From contig JAMWBK010000001.1 in the NCBI GenBank assembly GCA_029953675.1, positions 3,720,001-3,784,000 on the forward strand: 64,000 nucleotides of DNA, given 5' to 3'. The notes under the pieces were generated by a model. It searched no databases and was not told where the DNA came from. It saw only the letters and a program-made list of their open reading frames with translations. Shown one piece after another: positions 13,335-25,372 of the stretch. Numbering within the stretch: position 1 is the first letter of the stretch; each line of letters opens with the position of its first letter. A program made the translations under genes and the position numbers. The DNA comes from Rhodosorus marinus CCMP1338. Taxonomy: Eukaryota; Plantae; Rhodophyta.

Positions 13335-14429
13335 AGTTCAATTCCTCTCGAAAAATACTATGGCTTCCTCCAACGACAAAATGGCAACACTCTCCTGCTC
13401 CTACTCCCCTCGGATCACTTGCTCTCCAACTGGCCCAACCCTTCCCAAGCTGTTCTATCCAAACATCGACTCCGTTATAAATACTCCTTCCCGACCTCTC
13501 CCCCATTGCCCAAGTGATTCACAAAAATATCAGGATCCATCGTGGCGTTCCCTAATCCAAAAAAATAAAAATAAATAGTTGATCGGTACTGCAACTCCTG
13601 CCTCACCCCTCTCCTCCCTCCCCAAGCCAAAGCCATATCTCTCTCTCTGCACAACAAAACAATCATCTAGTTGCCATCGACCTTAGACTCCACCCCAAAT
13701 GGGCAAACAGCTGCTGCCCAACCAAAGCTGACTTTCTCTTCACCATCTACAAAATTATTTCATATTTCTGAGAAATCATTAATATATTTGATAATTATTT
13801 AATTCATTTTAAATGAAACGGGTTCTTCAGGAAACGAGTCGTCAATCAATTGATGATTCTTGACGAGATCCTGGAATTCTCATCTGGGGCATTTTTCGCT
13901 TTTTTGGGATGGGAAAAAGGGGGGGGGGGGAACCTACGTCAGGTGAGCTCCAGAAATTTGAACGACTAAAACAAAACTTGCCATTTTTATAGCTTCTGGT
14001 GACTTGGTACCCAGACCTGGTTAACTACTCTAGAAAGTCTCTCCCTCACCACGAGCAAAACTAGGGATATGGCATTTTAGTAGAACAATTCAATGGGCAA
14101 GCCATCTAAACACATATTGTCGGGGGAGCGGGGGGGGGGGTGTCACTCACTGACTACTCGCTTTTTCGCAGTTTGCGGGACATCAATTTTTTTTTTCTCG
14201 TTTTGAAGTTATGTCAATCTGGATTTTGGCGCTTCTATGTGTTCATTGGCTAGATTCATGAACCGAGTGGAGTCTTACACAGATACTTTCTAAATCAAAT
14301 AGGATTCGCAACCACTTCAGTCAAAGCAGCACAATGCGTTTACTTTCAACCCCTGTGGGAACTCACTCCCCTCGCTGTGCTCTCCCCACAGCTGTGAATA
14401 TGAGCGACCATCAGACCTCGTATGCTACC

Positions 14430-16740
14430 GTAGGTGGGGCCGGGCCGTTTCGTTGTTACCACGGAGGGTTAGCTTGACTCCTGCACGCTTGTTCGCAATC
14501 AGCCCTGCCCATGATCCCAGCCGTTTCTCATTGTTTGCGGAATGCCCAGCGAGAGAACCCATCAATGACTCTAACGTAATCGCCGGTGGGAAACAGCGAA
14601 TTCTAGTTACAGGCTGAAGAGAGAATGCTTCAAATGTGCCGGATAAGTAGTCGGAAGTCCATCGACTCGTTGTCACGCATGGTCACAATTGACAATGATC
14701 CATTACTGAAAGAATTTGCTACGAGAGACCTGCTCCGGCAATCGGTCGGCCAATTAACCTCCACCCTGGACTGGACAGTCAATAGCTCTGCATGCAGAGT
14801 TGCAAGAGCAATAGCGTGTAAATACTGATCAATTTTTGCTGTGGACGGTGAGGGAAAATTTAAGAAAGATATCCAAAACAATCGAGGGCAACAGCAACGA
14901 TTTATTCGGAGCCTATCTATCTACCCCGAGGCGCGGAACGGGAGACGCTGAAGACTCGCGTTCAACAACAAAGGTGAGGAGGGGTACCCGGTGAGGAGGC
15001 TGTCAAGGCGGCCGGGGGAATATCCCAAAAATACACTGTTTACTGGCTTCATTAGCTGGCTTTATTAGCTGGCTTTATTGGCTTTATTAGCATAGCCTAC
15101 AGCGCTACGGCTTTATTAGCTGGACTTTACTAGCTAGCCTAAAGCGCTACGCAAACCGTGAAAAGGAACTAAGAGCTAGGTAGGGAAGCGTGCAAACCCA
15201 GGCGCATTTGGCCTCGGCAAGCATGCTGCTCGAATATCGCCACAGAGAGGCCACAAATGTTCCAAGTATTCGACAGGATGCTCAGTGAAACATTTCCGCA
15301 ACCACTCCAAACCCGCCTTCTCCACGTGACCAAAGCTTTCCACAGAGAAAGGCTGGAACCGGTGGGAGCGACCCTCAGCGCGAGGCAGATTGGCCGTACT
15401 CTCAGCATACCGTCGTTCCTTCACGCGGCGAAGGGCCGAAGCAGCTGCTCCCCGGCGGCGGGCGGCAGCCGTGAGATGGGCGCTTGCCACAGGGCATGTA
15501 ATCAGGAGGTCAACATATGCTGAGCGTCTGGCGGCAGCATCGGAGACGAGGAGATCTGCGATACAGCGGGGCGGTGCCCTATCCGAGACCGATCTGGGTA
15601 GTTCCGATTCTACCTCAACTTTATGCCCTACCCGAGTCAAACATTCGCTGAGAATGTACTTGAAGCGAGTGTGAAAGCCGTTTACTTGCGCTTTCCCACG
15701 AGCTCTTCAAACGACCTAACTGAAGCGGTTCTCTGCTTGGTAACAGTTCCCCACGAACTCACCACCACTCTGGTCCACGTCAAGATAGATCGAAAGTTGT
15801 GCGTGACCTTACAGAGACCAATACAGAGGCTAAAAAAGAAAAAATGGCTTGTCACAACCCCGAGCATCGAGCTGCGAAAAGAACTGTCTCCAACGGACCT
15901 CTTGCGTCAGAAAAGTAGGACAATTCACGAAAGCACTCCTGGTCAATCAAACGCATCCAGTCAATCATTATCATGATCTGTGCGATCGGGAGCTGGCAGG
16001 GAAGACAATTTCGTTCCGTTTTAGGATGATTCGGTTGAAGAGGCAAGCTATCAGACAAGGTCCTACGATAGGTGACTGAACTGTTTGAATCTGGACTAAC
16101 CTAAATCATTGACACTCTGGGAGCGCTTACATGTGCGCTCTGGAACGGGAACGGCCTTCTCGCGTTCGCGATTGGGGTTCCGAGTAGTCTGGGGCCCACT
16201 CGCCAGTTTGTGCCGCGTGGTCACGAGCGTGCTTGAAGGCGACTTTCAGGCGATCTGGAAAGCTCTTGAAACAAAAGCCTCTGGTGAGATAGGCATCACC
16301 AAATGGACCCGAATCGAACAAGAAACAGTAGCGATGGCATCTCAGCCGCGTTTCACGCGCTTCCCGCCGACTTCAGGCCACCAGAACTGGCACTGCGCAC
16401 AAGGGCCACCTGGTGAAGATTCGCAGGGCTGTTCGCAATGACGCGTTTGAGGAGTCCCCCTTCCAGTATGTTATCGAGGCAGCCCTACAGGCTCCCCTCT
16501 CCCAGGACAACGACCCCTCAGGCGAGGTGGAAGGCCAGCCAAGGTGCAGATGCAGGCGTACTGGCGATCGCCCATCTTCCCAAAGGCACTGCTCCGGCCC
16601 TAGCGGACTCCGAGCAGAACACCTCCAGGGTGCCAATCAGGACGTCCAGATGGCTATGATTCGCGTCCTCCAGCAACTAGCTACCAAGCCAGAGAAGTTT
16701 GGCCCCTTATCGCAACCATGAACGCTTTACAACAGAACTC
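14430..16740 (+). mobile_element. Degraded CRE-like non-LTR element (family C-like), interrupted by a family-A insertion
   Basis: 16413-16721 (SGPSGLRAEHLQGANQDVQMAMIRVLQQLATKPE) closely matches 58517 (SPGPSAMRAEHLQGANQQTQVALIRVLRQLATAPE). Assignment of 14430-16100 to the same element is tentative. Confidence 0.5.
15045..15674 (-). mobile_element. Family A CRE-like element, 5'-truncated (endonuclease + reiterated 3' tail)
   Basis: IADLLVSD..AYVDLLIT..KERRY..FQPFSVESFG; flanked by GTTTACT at 15038-15044 and 15680-15686 (AGTAAAC TSD on the element strand). Confidence 0.9.
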
Positions 16741-16759
16741 ACTAGTGGAGCCCGTCAAG

Positions 16760-17470
16760 ACTGAACAAGGAATCTAGCTATGCGTCAAAATACCCCTAAT
16801 GGGTTGTGTGGCTACGTTCTACTAGAGGGGCGATCTCATAGTTCCCTCCCAGGCGCGCCGTCAACTCGGCCTCCTGGAAGGCAAGTAGTGCATTCCCTTT
16901 CCACAAGGACCGGTGAGCGTCGCGCGTGCTCCGCTGACTTGTGATGATGGGTGCTGCAGGTGCAGTGTGACAAATTTCAAATACTGATCGGCTTGCTTCC
17001 CCATCCTCCCGATCGTTTCCTGGCAGAAGGGCACGAAGATGTCGTCATTATGTGCCCTGATCGCATCCCAGTATTTTGCTCTTTGAACACGTCTCTGCCA
17101 TGTGTGCAACGTACCCGGTCTGAGAGGACGGTTTATCTGGGCTTATCTAGGTAGGTCTTTTGTAGCGGTGCTGTCACCTTCACGTCGATCACGTACAGCT
17201 TCCCGGTCCGAGGGTGGAGAGCTAGAATGTCTGGGCGAAGGTGGCTGCCTGGCTAGTGTCCGGTCGGTTCAAGTGTCACCTCCAGCTCAGACAATGTAGA
17301 CTCGGAGGGAAAGTGCGGATTCTCGTTTTTGTTATTGGGTGCAAAGCTATTTCTAGTCCGTGTGAGGAGGATTGGTGCTGGTGTGTCCCTCTTGCAAGGC
17401 TGCGTTTTCGATGCAGTCTTGCTTCAAGGAGCTGTTCTCGTAGTTGTTGAGTCGAATAACCCCACACTAA
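16760..17470 (-). mobile_element. 3' fragment of a family C-like CRE element (RLE domain), decayed
   Basis: Frameshifted HLRPDILALHPRTGKLYVIDVKVTAPLQ and RAKY..FVPFCQETIGRMG, similar to LRPDTVARHPRTKQRYALDVTVV..FIPIAIETFGRTG at 61.5-61.7 kb. Confidence 0.75.
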
Positions 17471-17879
17471 CGGTGTACCGGCTTGGTTACTGAAACGACA
17501 GCACGAAACGCCTTACGCTTTTTGGATGGCGTTCTACTCGCGGACAGGACCAAATCGATAAACTTGACAGACGTTGCAGGCAACAACTGGATTGCTGTAG
17601 GGCAATCCACTTGGAGCGGTCTACCATGCTCCCTCCCCGGAGTTGTGACCCCCTTTCTGGAAGCATTACACAATAAAGTCCCCCGACCTAACTATAGTTG
17701 CCACCCACTTAGAAATCACCGTTGTGGGCCCGCTCCAGCCGCTGAAGCATATACACCGATTGGGTCAGACTATGCTCCGTGCCCGCGGAGCCCGACTGCA
17801 ACTGACCAAAAATGCCCTCAATGCGGCAGAAGCCTGACTACTTCTCGACTGCTCAGGCGAGGCATTCCTGGAGTGACCG

Positions 17880-18250
17880 CCACACGAGCAGGAGTCACGA
17901 TACATTCGATCCCGCTAGGGTCACCCGCTCCTACATCCAAAGTGGGCGCCACATAATGCAGAACCAACACGAAGGGCTCTTTAAGCAAATCACACAATTT
18001 ACCACAACAGGAACTGATAGCTGAATAAACTGATGATCATCATCAACTCACCACACAGGTCGCCCTGTTTATGTACTGTGCAGAAACCCGCTTAGGGTAT
18101 ATCATCGACGCTGCCTGGCAAAGGCGGAAAGCCCTTTGGACGAAAACTGGGCTCGCGAACCGGATGCAATGACGAGACAACACCTGGAAAGCGTTAGTCC
18201 ATCGTCAAAGCGTTCAGGGATACTTGACCTGTCGGGGCTCTGAATAAACG
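17880..18250 (+). mobile_element. Decayed CRE-like RT C-terminal remnant
   Basis: IPLGSP and QVALFMYCAETRLGY match QIALFRFCAETRLDY of the 60453 ORF. Confidence 0.65.
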
Positions 18251-18414
18251 GATAGTAACCCACAGTCCGTGTTCTGAACCACTACGCTGATGTCAACTTG
18301 TTTTCTTCCCTCTCAAAAACTATGCCAATTCGAGTTCTGTTGCTCCGGCATACCTTGCCGGAGAAGCTCGTGGTTTGGAGAGCATTAATATTATCAAATA
18401 CACTTAACAATAGA

Positions 18415-18735
18415 ACTAAATCTAAACAGGTAGAGGGCATTGGGAAGAAGTATAGCAGTATTTCATTTCGCATAGCAAGCAACACACCAGCAAGCAGTAT
18501 TTCACTTCGCTCTGTGAGGAACTGCGGAAAGCCCTATCGGATGCTGAAATTAAGGACATGGAAGCTAAAACACCGGTGCAGTTGAAGGCTCACAAGATCG
18601 GGGAGCTCGATTCCATGAAAATGGTCACAGGAGCAAGTAGGAAGAGAAGGGTGAAAAATTAGGTTTCCCACTAGCAGCAAGGTGCATTGTCATGTCGTAG
18701 TTGTCAAGAGAATGAACTGGAAGAAGTGACCAAAG
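18415..18735 (+). pseudogene. Decayed partial duplicate of the 5' part of gene 20464-21861
   Basis: tctaaacaggta..ggaaagccct..gatgctgaaattaagg..cagttgaaggctc.caagatcggg.agctcgattcc matches about 20514-20690, with indels. Confidence 0.8.
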
Positions 18736-18755
18736 TCTTAATCGTAGTGGCGAGC

Positions 18756-18844
18756 GGGTCGGGTTTTTCGCTGTTTACTCGACTAAACCACGCTGTTTTC
18801 GCGGATTCAACCACTTCTGGGTCGTAACTGCGAAAAACCGACCC
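18756..18844. repeat. About 90-bp element with about 21-bp imperfect terminal inverted repeats
   Basis: GGGTCGGGTTTTTCGCTGTTTAC ... GTAACTGCGAAAAACCGACCC. Confidence 0.6.
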
Positions 18845-19072
18845 ACTTGGCATAAGCCTAATAATAGAGTACGGCTAAAAATCAGGATGTCCGCGCTCAC
18901 CGATTAAATGAAAACAATTCATTGTATTTGTCCATAGCGTTCCGCGTTCCGCAGGGGTTAAACAAAATTAATCTTAGCAACAGAACTCGAATTGGCTTAA
19001 TTTTTGAGCAGCCCAGGAAAACAAAAAGACATGAGGGTGGCCACCGCCAAGAACGGACCGCAGACATTGGAA

Positions 19073-19254
19073 TGGGCTTTACTGGGCTTTACTACATAGA
19101 CACTGGAATAGCATCTCTGCCTAGGTGGATCCGGGAGACCAGCCGCTGACTCCGTATTTCTCGTAGCTCGAGGCCCCGGGGTGCGCGGGGTTAAGCGTGA
19201 TCGCTTCCCTAGATAGTGATCGAACTAGTCTTGCGCTGCATTAGGCAGCCGCCC
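19073..19254. mobile_element. Two back-to-back retrotransposon 3' tails (minus-strand tail ending in (AGTAAAGCCC)2; plus-strand family C tail)
   Basis: ccctagatag..ttgcgctgca.taggcagc.gcccagtaaa matches about 61959-62011. The minus-strand piece resembles A-type tails. Confidence 0.65.
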
Positions 19255-19714
19255 AGTAAAAAACGTTCATGGGTTGCTTAACCCACAGTCTCAGCAGCAC
19301 GCTGATAGCTTTTTATTTTCTTTCGGCCTGCTCAAAAATTATACCAGATCGAGTTCTGTTGATCCCAGCTCACATGCTCGGTGTTTACTTCCAGGTTTGT
19401 TACTTGGTAATTGGTACTACCTAATGTTGTTCCACCCGTTGGAGCAAACGTGATCAAATGTTCAGGGATGAGCGAGGATATCGCTGCTTTGTTGCTGTGG
19501 ATGCGCGTCATCAGCGTTTTGCTTCTTGCTTCTCAAGGTAGTCAGGCCCTAACGATGCATAAACGCATCAAATCCGTTTGATCTGATATTCTGATTCCGC
19601 GTACCATATTAAATGCATGCGAGGTCCCAAACTTGAAACATTACTTCCCTCTGCAATGAGCGGGTATCCGAGTGTTCGGAGACAAGAAAAAAGAACACAG
19701 AGCGGAAGAACAGA

Positions 19715-19790
19715 ACCCACCCCGACGGCTATAAGATTATGCGCCTCCATCATCAAAGCAGCGTTCACAGGCCGGAATACGATTCCGTAA
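19715..19790 (-). mobile_element. Short decayed family B-like 3' remnant
   Basis: gcgcctccatcatcaaagcagcgttca matches the family B ORF2 end. Confidence 0.5.
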
Positions 19791-20463
19791 CTTCGACTAT
19801 ATTATTATTAAATAAATTAATACAATTTGATGAAAGATGGAAACTAAATCGAAACATCTTCCTAGAAACGCTAGATCGATTTTCTAGCTACGGAAATAGG
19901 AAATATAAGATATGCGTTTGCGGGACGGAAATCAAGAAATCTAATTCTAGGCTCGGGTGTAGGCTGACAGTTCCGGCCGACAAAAAACAACAACAATTGA
20001 TTGACTGTTACGGTTTGATTGAATATTTCACTTGGTTTTAGAAAAAACTGGCTTTTTTTTAATCTGACTGAACTTATCCAATGTCGACGTTCGAGCGGAT
20101 CGGATCAGCGGAGGCGACACTCCGGGGCTAGGAAAGTGTCGGCAGGGCTTCGAAACTGTCAATAATTCGAAGGCGCTGCCCGCGGGTGTCTGCAAAGAGC
20201 TCCGGTCTGCAAATTTAATCACTATTCCAGTAGATTCTTGTGACAATGACATTTCTAAAGGATGTTGCGGCGATGTGATCATGTTTTTCAGGCCTTATCG
20301 TCCCCATTCATGGACTCGAGGCAGGTGCAGCCAGCTTGACCACAGCTGGCAGGGCGTTTCCTCTTTATCTGCAGTACATGTCAGTATCAGCAGACAAGGT
20401 TTCCGTGAAAGTAGGTCATTGCTTCCCCAAGGTATAAAACAACATACCTTGGCAGTGTAGCTC

Positions 20464-21861
20464 TTGGGCTTTAGGTTTGGAAAGCATCAACTACAATCAA
20501 CAGCAGATCGAAGTCTAAACAGGTACAGAACACTGGGAAGAAGCATGGAAAGCACTTTTGAACACATGAGCAGCAGTTTTTTTGCTCTGGAGGAGCGGCG
20601 GAAAGCCCTCTCAGATGCTGAAATTAAGGCCATAGAAGCTGAAAGACTGGTCCAGTTGAAGGCTCGCAAGATCGGGGAGCTCGATTCCAAGAAACTACAA
20701 GCCGCCCATGGACTTGAGGTCGCGGGTAAGCACCTCAATAGGGCGAAGCGCAAGGGCCTGAGGAAAGTTTTCCGTAGGAGCAAGTATGAAGAGAAGGTTG
20801 AGAAGTGGACGTCCAACTGCACCAAGGAAGAGAGTGAACTGGAAAAATTGACTGTGCAAATTGCTGCAGAGAAGGAGGACCAAGCTAAGGCGCTGCAACG
20901 GCTTAGCCTGGCCAAGCAAACTCTGGCAGAGAAGAACTCAATCGACGAGCAAATCAAGAGCATACTTGAGCAAGCATTCCAAGGTTTCTCAGGCGACATG
21001 ACCGAGAACCAATGCGAGAACCGTCGCAACCTCTTGCGGGATCAATACGAGAGAAGCCTCTCCATGGCCAATGACCCAAGAAGGGCCCTTGAGCACCTCA
21101 CAAATGCCTTCGAAATCATGCAGGAGGCCCATGGGAAGCTCAAAACTGCCCTTAAGATGAACACCTACGACCTCCTATCATCCAATAGAGAGCGAGAGAT
21201 GTACGGACCACCCGGCCAGCCACTAGCGCCACAACCCATGGGGCAGGCGTTTATGGGACAGCCCTGCAATGCTGGAGCACAGGGGATGAACTTTGGAGCG
21301 CAAGGAATGGACTTTGGAGGACAGGGAATGAACTTCGGTACGCCTGGGTATTCTGGATATGGTGGATACGGAGTGCCTAGGCCCCGTGGTGGTATGTTCG
21401 ATGACACAAACATGATTTCAGCGTACACCAGCTTGCAGACAAACGAGAATATGAAGGCCGCGCGGTCACTACTGGAGCAAGCTAATGAGGAGTTCACGCG
21501 CGCACTGGAGTTCAACCCGAATCTTCCTGAAGCGCGTGCGGTCACCGTCGGCCTATCAGATCTCCTCTCCTTCGCGAACGTCCTGTATGACAACATGCTG
21601 ACCGATTTTATGGTCCGCAGCAAGGTCAAGGAAGCACTGAGAGCAGCTGACGACGCCTTGAGAAGGTGTGAGGCGGCTTACCGATTCCAAATGTCCTGCT
21701 GTGAAAGGGCGGACGAGGAGATAAATCAGAAGAAGCTGGCTCTTGAACAAGCCGAGAAGGAGCTGGAGTCCGAGCGCGTGCGTCTTATGCACCAGTGGCA
21801 GTTCAAGAACCAGACAAGTGGGGCACCGCCATCCGTACCTCCATCTGTGGTTGCCTGCTAA
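20464..21861 (+). CDS. Coiled-coil protein of unknown function with a G/F/M/Q-rich low-complexity insert
   Basis: 465-aa open ORF, likely starting at MESTF; paralog of 8795; three 21-nt repeats encoding QGM(N/D)FG. Confidence 0.8.
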   Translation: MGFRFGKHQLQSTADRSLNRYRTLGRSMESTFEHMSSSFFALEERRKALSDAEIKAIEAERLVQLKARKIGELDSKKLQAAHGLEVAGKHLNRAKRKGLRKVFRRSKYEEKVEKWTSNCTKEESELEKLTVQIAAEKEDQAKALQRLSLAKQTLAEKNSIDEQIKSILEQAFQGFSGDMTENQCENRRNLLRDQYERSLSMANDPRRALEHLTNAFEIMQEAHGKLKTALKMNTYDLLSSNREREMYGPPGQPLAPQPMGQAFMGQPCNAGAQGMNFGAQGMDFGGQGMNFGTPGYSGYGGYGVPRPRGGMFDDTNMISAYTSLQTNENMKAARSLLEQANEEFTRALEFNPNLPEARAVTVGLSDLLSFANVLYDNMLTDFMVRSKVKEALRAADDALRRCEAAYRFQMSCCERADEEINQKKLALEQAEKELESERVRLMHQWQFKNQTSGAPPSVPPSVVAC

Positions 21862-21989
21862 TCAACTAGAAAACTTACACTAACACGCAACTTATGGAAG
21901 CACTTTTTATTGTTTTTCGACAAGCACTTCTTTTTTTATAAAAACAGTCTCAATTTTTTTTCTGAAACCCCTCCAGAAAAGCGTTTGTA

Positions 21990-22795
21990 GCGAATGAAAT
22001 TATTTAATCGGAGACGGAAAGAGAAAAGCCCGAGGGGAAAAACAAGACTAAGCGTGGCGAATATTCGCGCGCCTCCAACATCAAAGCAGCGTTCATAACC
22101 GACAGCAATAAACTTAAACATGTAAACTACGAGGACAGACGGTCAGGGCGTTCGCGGAACACTTCCCGAAGCTGACGAGAGCCAACGGAATCCAGAAACC
22201 CAAAGCAGCGCAATGACTAGAGGTACCAGGAGATGATCTAGAGCCAAAGCACGAATGCATGCGGGAGATAAAACCCCCGCATATTTCAACTCTTTGCGAC
22301 GTCTCATACTGGCAGCGGCAAATTCACGGGGCCTCCCACAGCCGGCAAGTAAGGGCTAACCTGGGACTAGGAACAGCAAGATCACCGTACGTCGTGACGG
22401 CGGCTATCGTCACAGTGACCCACGAGGTCCAGCCACGCGGAGTTCATCATTCTGGTACGTGTGCCACAGGCAGGGGCTTCTCACGTTCAATTTCAAGACC
22501 GGCTTGCCGCACGATAGGTCAAAGTTCGCGGTATAACGGGTTCAAGATCCGAGCATGTCGTCGGGTTCGGGCGCCTTTCAGAGCGAGGCAGCTGGGGAGC
22601 AGGTGGGCGCCAAAATCCGCGGTAGCTTCGTTTTGAGAGCAAAGTGGGCACGGCGAACCCAGCTCGGAAGGCCAGGGCGGCTCATGCAAACCGAGGTATA
22701 AACGTAGAGAAGTGCGCACTTCGAAATCTGTCAGTGTGAGTGGCGGAAAAGCGGGGACGCTCATGAGCCACTGTGAGCTGATACACCCTGCCATT
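21990..22795 (-). mobile_element. Older family B subfamily, 5'-truncated (CCHC + RLE + tail)
   Basis: ISSQWLMSVPAFPPLTLTDFEVRTSLRLYLGL..CPLC..H..C..RRH; tail with cccgagggg flanked by A runs on the plus strand. Confidence 0.85.
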
Positions 22796-22933
22796 TGTTG
22801 CATTTGATAGAACCGATACTACCCTTGATCTTAGCCAAAAGGCCGAGAAGATAGTCCTTCCACTATGATCCATGCAGCAGCCGGGGTACAACAGCCCCAT
22901 GGACTCGTCACCTCCATCTTAACCCTCTTTACT

Positions 22934-25120
22934 GGACTTTACTAGCATAGCCTGAAGCGCTACGCAAGGCGTGAAGATGAACTAATAACTAGGGAGGGAA
23001 GCATGCAACCCCAGGCGCCGATGGCGCGCCTCGGAAAGCATGTCGCTGGAATATCGCCAAAGGGAGACACTTAAACGCCTCAAGAGCGCCAAATATTCAG
23101 TAGGATGCTCAGCAAAACATTTCCGCAACCACTCTAAACCCGACTTATCCACGTGACCAAAGCTTTCCACAATGAATGGCTGGAACCGGTGAGAGCGACC
23201 CTCAGCGCAAGGCAGACTGGCCATGCTCTCAGCATACCGTCGTTCCTTAACTCTTCGAAGGGCTGAAGCCGCGGCCCCCCGGCGGCGGGCGGCTGCGGTG
23301 AGGTGGGCGCTGGCCACGGGGCAGGTAATCGCAAGGTCCACATATGTTGAGCGTCTGGCAGCAGCGTCGGAGACGAGGAGATCGGCTATACAACGGGGCG
23401 GTGCAGAGTCCGAGATGGATCTGGGCAGTTCCGACTCAACCTCAACCGTATGCCCTATCCGAGTCAAAAATTCGCTGAGGATGTACTTGAGGCGAGTGTG
23501 ACGCCTCGTACGGAGACCTCGCAACAGTCCGCAGGAACCCAGGAAGTGGTAGCCACAAGCGTCAATCCGGCTCTCACATCCCTGACAGAAAGACGGCCGA
23601 TTAGAGTGCCACGGAGCCTGTGGCAAACCGAGATAGATCCGTGCGGCAGAACGGAACTGGAAAGCATCGAGACGATGACTCAATGACGACGGTAGAGTGG
23701 TTAACCACAAGTGCGAGAGGTGGCCTCCCATGCCGCGGAGACGAGCGGCAGTGGTAGGCGGCGTGAGAGGAGAATTGAGCATGACTGTGTGAGCGGCACT
23801 GTGTTGGCCCCAGGTGAGGCTATGTTGAATTACATCAGCGCGGGAGCTCCACAATCGGCTCAAACCCGGGTAGTCTGCAACAGGGGACCCGGGGCTAGCC
23901 TCTCCGTCATCGGCAAGAACTCGGTCGAGGGGACAATCCTCAATCGCTTCAGCTCGTCCCCATATCAGCTCCCTCCAGGAATGAAAGCGGGACCGATTTG
24001 CGTCCGGCACGGCGTTGCACCTCCTGAACGCGTGTTGAAGACCATCATAAATTGTCAAAAGCGGGGGCGGCAGGGTCACTGGATCCTCGTTGGTCAAAGC
24101 TCGAGCCAAGAGGCAGGCACTTCGCATCTGGAAGGTCACCAACGTTCGCAGCGCGGTAGCCCAGGAGGCAACCGCCGCTGGCGAGCATACCAGCCCACGG
24201 TCTGCGACGCCGAATCCCCCTAATCGCAACGGTAGAGCGATCTGTGCCCGAATTAAGTCCCTGTCGGGAGCAGCTTCAAGATCGAGGGGCTCATCCAAGA
24301 GCGTTCCCCAGTGTTGCAGGGTCATTTCGTCGGCTTTAGCCGCGATCCACGAGCCCCAAGCTGGAGGCAGGCTGCGCAACCAGTAGTTGAGTCTGGGACC
24401 GGCACAAAAGCGGGAAAGCAAGCAGGCCGATTGCAGCATGCTGTCGGGTAGGTGCTCAATGGCGTCGGTGAGTTGCTTGTGCCGTGCCAAAACTCGCTCG
24501 CAGGATGCTTGGACAAAGTTGTCAGTCCCCAATCCGACGCCGTGGTGTTCGAACCCTTCACGTTCACTGATTAGTCGCAGCGTGGGTGGCAGAGAGTTCA
24601 GCGACACGTCCCTCGCGGGGAGAAAGCGACATTTTTCTGTTTCCACAGTCAAACCGACGCGACGTGCAATCGCTTCGATCGCGGTCAGTCCCCTAGCCAG
24701 GGTGTCAGGGGTGCCCAGCAATGTTACGTCATCGTGGTACGCGCAGATTCGAAGATCCGAGACCTCAGTCGAAAGACGTAAAAGTACGAGCTGTAGGGCA
24801 CAGGCATGAAGAAGAGGTCCGCAAGGGTCGCCTTGTTGGACGCCAGTATGTGCTTGAAAAACAGTGCCCTCCGTTGTCAAGTAGGGGAGGCTCTCCCCTC
24901 CGTAAATACCCGATAGAAACGGCCACGCCTCCGGAAACACACGTCGGAGCACCTCTAGCGCATGCGTCCGCGACACGCTGTTGAATGCGTTCCGGAAATC
25001 AACCACCAAGACTCCCCACTCCGGCCTACTGGCGCGTTCTAGCTCGATCCCATGGGTGATCAGTTCGCAACCCCCAGAAAATCCCACCCCTACTTGCAAG
25101 GGCGCCATAAAAGCTAAGGA
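22934..25120 (-). mobile_element. Family A CRE-like element, 3' part (RT core, CCHC, RLE, tail)
   Basis: Open 708-aa ORF 22982-25108: VDFRNAFN, GVQQGDP, AYHDD, CQGC..H..C, RH, IADLLVSD..YVDL..KERRY; tail ends AGTAAAGTCC|AGTAAAG. Confidence 0.95.
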
Positions 25121-25372
25121 AAAACAGTTTTTGGTTTCGTGAGGGTGTATGGTGCTGGCTTTTGGTGGTTTTGAGTCGCAATTGTGTTCTTCGGTGGGAG
25201 GCGCTTCTTTCTGCAGCCTTTCCCCCGCATCTTCTAGTGGTGTGGTGCGTGCTGGGGGTTGCTAGCGCCCCTTGGAGGTCATGGTGGTTTTTCTTTGGTT
25301 GCAAACGTTGGGAACAAGTTCTCTTTTTGGGGGTTTCGTGGAGGAATCGGTTTTTCACACCTTCCAATCGTT

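Larger units (their letters stand above)
18312..19361. repeat. Three copies of a 32-38-bp motif in alternating orientation
   Basis: CTCAAAAA(C/T)TAwrCCArwTCGAGTTCTGTTG at 18312-18343 and 19325-19361, and its reverse complement at 18977-19014. Confidence 0.7.

Noticed and set aside
13915-14140. Poly-G runs as G-quadruplex or regulatory sites
   Set aside because: Isolated homopolymers; no function can be shown from sequence.
18990-19014. Sm-site-like AATTTTTGA suggesting an snRNA or SL RNA gene
   Set aside because: No recognisable snRNA body; it is part of a dispersed inverted motif.
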